Below, piece by piece: positions 18,698 through 20,000 of a stretch of DNA of 20,000 bases. The stretch is from an uncultured virus (IMG/VR IMGVR_UViG_3300030376_007133) (Duplodnaviria > Heunggongvirae > Uroviricota > Caudoviricetes), in IMG/VR virus record IMGVR_UViG_3300030376_007133; one strand, written 5' to 3'. How positions within the stretch are numbered: the stretch's first letter is position 1; the number at the start of each line of letters is the position of its first letter. The notes under the pieces are model-generated. The model was not told the origin of the DNA. It saw only the letters and a program-made list of their open reading frames with translations, and did no database searches. The position numbers and the translations under genes are program-made.

Positions 18698-19290
18698 TAA
18701 TCGAGCTCCACTTTACCGGCTGCTGTGATACCAGTTTCAAGAGTTAGCTCATATCTAAAGGCCCCATCTCTTTCTAGTTGTGAGATATCGTCATTGTTAA
18801 CGTCGAAGTCTTCATCGTTGTATTCGAATAGTTCACATTGTAGTTTAAATACTGGTAGGTTGTTTAATTGATAAAAAGGTTGTTCATGCTCAACATGCAT
18901 GATCTGAAACATTTTCTTCGAGAACGGAGTGAATATTAAATCACCCTCAAGTGGACGAATACCTTGTATCTCATTATCATATCTCATAACCGTTTGTTCC
19001 CAACGGCGTTTAGCGACTGTCAATGTAACTTGATCTCTTATTTCAACACCAAATTTTGTAAATAGATCTCCTTCACCATCGAAACCATCAATGTTGTCGA
19101 CATACATTTCTAACAAATAATTAGAATTAAATCTGGATTCTGGATCTTCTCTGAAAACATCATCAACATTCACTAAGTCACGTGGCAAATAATATAAGTC
19201 TTGTCCATATATTTTTATGGACTCTATAATTAAATCTTCATATAAATTCTGTTCAGACCTTGCTCCAGCACTGAAATAAAGATTACGCAT
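18697..19290 (-). CDS. gp14: Neck / head-completion protein, T4 gp14-like (core only; the typical C-terminal segment lies in the next ORF)
   Basis: 197 aa. Motifs EQNLYEDLIIESIKIYGQDLYYLPR, GFDGEGDLFTKFGVEIRD, RPLEGDLI, VEHEQPFYQL and CELFEY. Confidence 0.95.
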   Translation of the reverse strand: MRNLYFSAGARSEQNLYEDLIIESIKIYGQDLYYLPRDLVNVDDVFREDPESRFNSNYLLEMYVDNIDGFDGEGDLFTKFGVEIRDQVTLTVAKRRWEQTVMRYDNEIQGIRPLEGDLIFTPFSKKMFQIMHVEHEQPFYQLNNLPVFKLQCELFEYNDEDFDVNNDDISQLERDGAFRYELTLETGITAAGKVELD

Positions 19291-19294
19291 ATTC

Positions 19295-20000
19295 TTATCC
19301 TATGAAAAACGATACTGGGTCTTCTTGTTCTAGTCTTAACTCCTCTTGCAATCGTAAAATCTCTTGAGTTGCTGATTCGTATATAGCATCGCCATTCATT
19401 GTGACGCCACCAGGAAGTTGCATTCCTGAGAACTTCATTAAGTTTGACCCCCATTGTTGTTTAATCAGTTGAGTGCCATATAGCTTTAACCATTTGTCAT
19501 TCCATACACTATTATGTGCATTCTCATCTATTTTTATTAAAGCTTCAATTACAACGTATTTATTTTCTTTGAGTGTTTCATCTTCGAAATCACCGTGTAT
19601 ATAAACCCTTTGCTGATGATAAGCATAATCGTGTTGCGGATGACCATTTAGTGTCATATCTAGCAATTGAGTATATTGTTGTATTTGACTAAAGTACCCA
19701 ACGTCTCCAAGGAATGATGTCATGTTTGTAATATCGTGAAGCATCAATTGATACTTAACATCAAACATGGTCGACCCTTGAGTAGAGAGCATAAATGGCA
19801 AAACTCTCTTAACCTGTAGGACATTGGCTGGAACAGTAATATACTTATTTGTAATATCAGCTGCTGTTAACTGATGTTGTATATAAGTACGTAGCATTGA
19901 ATCAGCATGAAATTCTCTGTAATATTCTAAAGCTTGATCTACTCTATCATCTAGCTGATCTTCGTCTACATTTATTTCTATTACAGGATGCCCTAAAGCC
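19295..20000 (-). CDS. gp13: Neck protein, T4 gp13-like (5' end outside the window)
   Basis: The frame stays open upstream of the track's Met at 19897 and reads ALGHPVIEINVDEDQLDDRVDQALEYYREFHADSM, the conserved gp13 N-terminal region. The C-terminal part has WLKLYGTQLIKQQWGSNLMKFSGMQLPGGVTMNG and ends in FFIG. Confidence 0.96.
   Translation of the reverse strand, partial: ALGHPVIEINVDEDQLDDRVDQALEYYREFHADSMLRTYIQHQLTAADITNKYITVPANVLQVKRVLPFMLSTQGSTMFDVKYQLMLHDITNMTSFLGDVGYFSQIQQYTQLLDMTLNGHPQHDYAYHQQRVYIHGDFEDETLKENKYVVIEALIKIDENAHNSVWNDKWLKLYGTQLIKQQWGSNLMKFSGMQLPGGVTMNGDAIYESATQEILRLQEELRLEQEDPVSFFIG

Noticed and set aside
18695..18720. Programmed -1 frameshift fusing gp14 to the 2042-aa ORF
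   Set aside because: The downstream frame has a TAA at 18715-18713, leaving only five codons for a shift, and there is no X XXY YYZ slippery heptamer. A good SD and the TAATG overlap explain independent initiation. Readthrough is also unlikely because TAA is followed in frame by TGA.
19230..19454. Alternative-frame minus-strand ORFs (19230-19454 and 4770-4955)
   Set aside because: They are nested in conserved gp13/gp14 and gp17 coding sequence and have no independent support.
19895..19897. Track-assigned start codon of gp13
   Set aside because: The frame is open to the window edge and encodes the conserved gp13 N-terminal motif, so the true start lies beyond 20000.

Overview
The window is the minus-strand virion morphogenesis module of a T4-like myophage (AT-rich; the repeat types suggest an aquatic/marine T4-like lineage, but the host cannot be determined from this sequence). 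Gene order along transcription is gp13 neck (5' end outside the window), gp14, an insert of about 12 kb, gp15, gp16, gp17, gp18, gp19 and gp20 portal. There are two exact T4 late promoters (TATAAATA), before gp18 and gp20. The unusual part is the gp14-gp15 interval. gp14 appears split: a 197-aa core ends at a TAATG stop/start overlap, and the gp14-type C-terminal part (ending DFLDFSESNPFGEP) forms the N-terminus of a separate 2042-aa protein with a novel duplicated domain and about four beta-propellers. This is followed by a 1665-aa protein (cupredoxin-like domain, propellers, LamG-like domain, Kelch-like repeats) and a 267-aa helical protein coupled to gp15. The putative surface proteins are strongly enriched in Asp-Ser (especially DSA) motifs encoded by varied codons, which suggests a protein-level signal such as a modification sequon. 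All calls come from reading motifs and synteny by eye; no searches were run.
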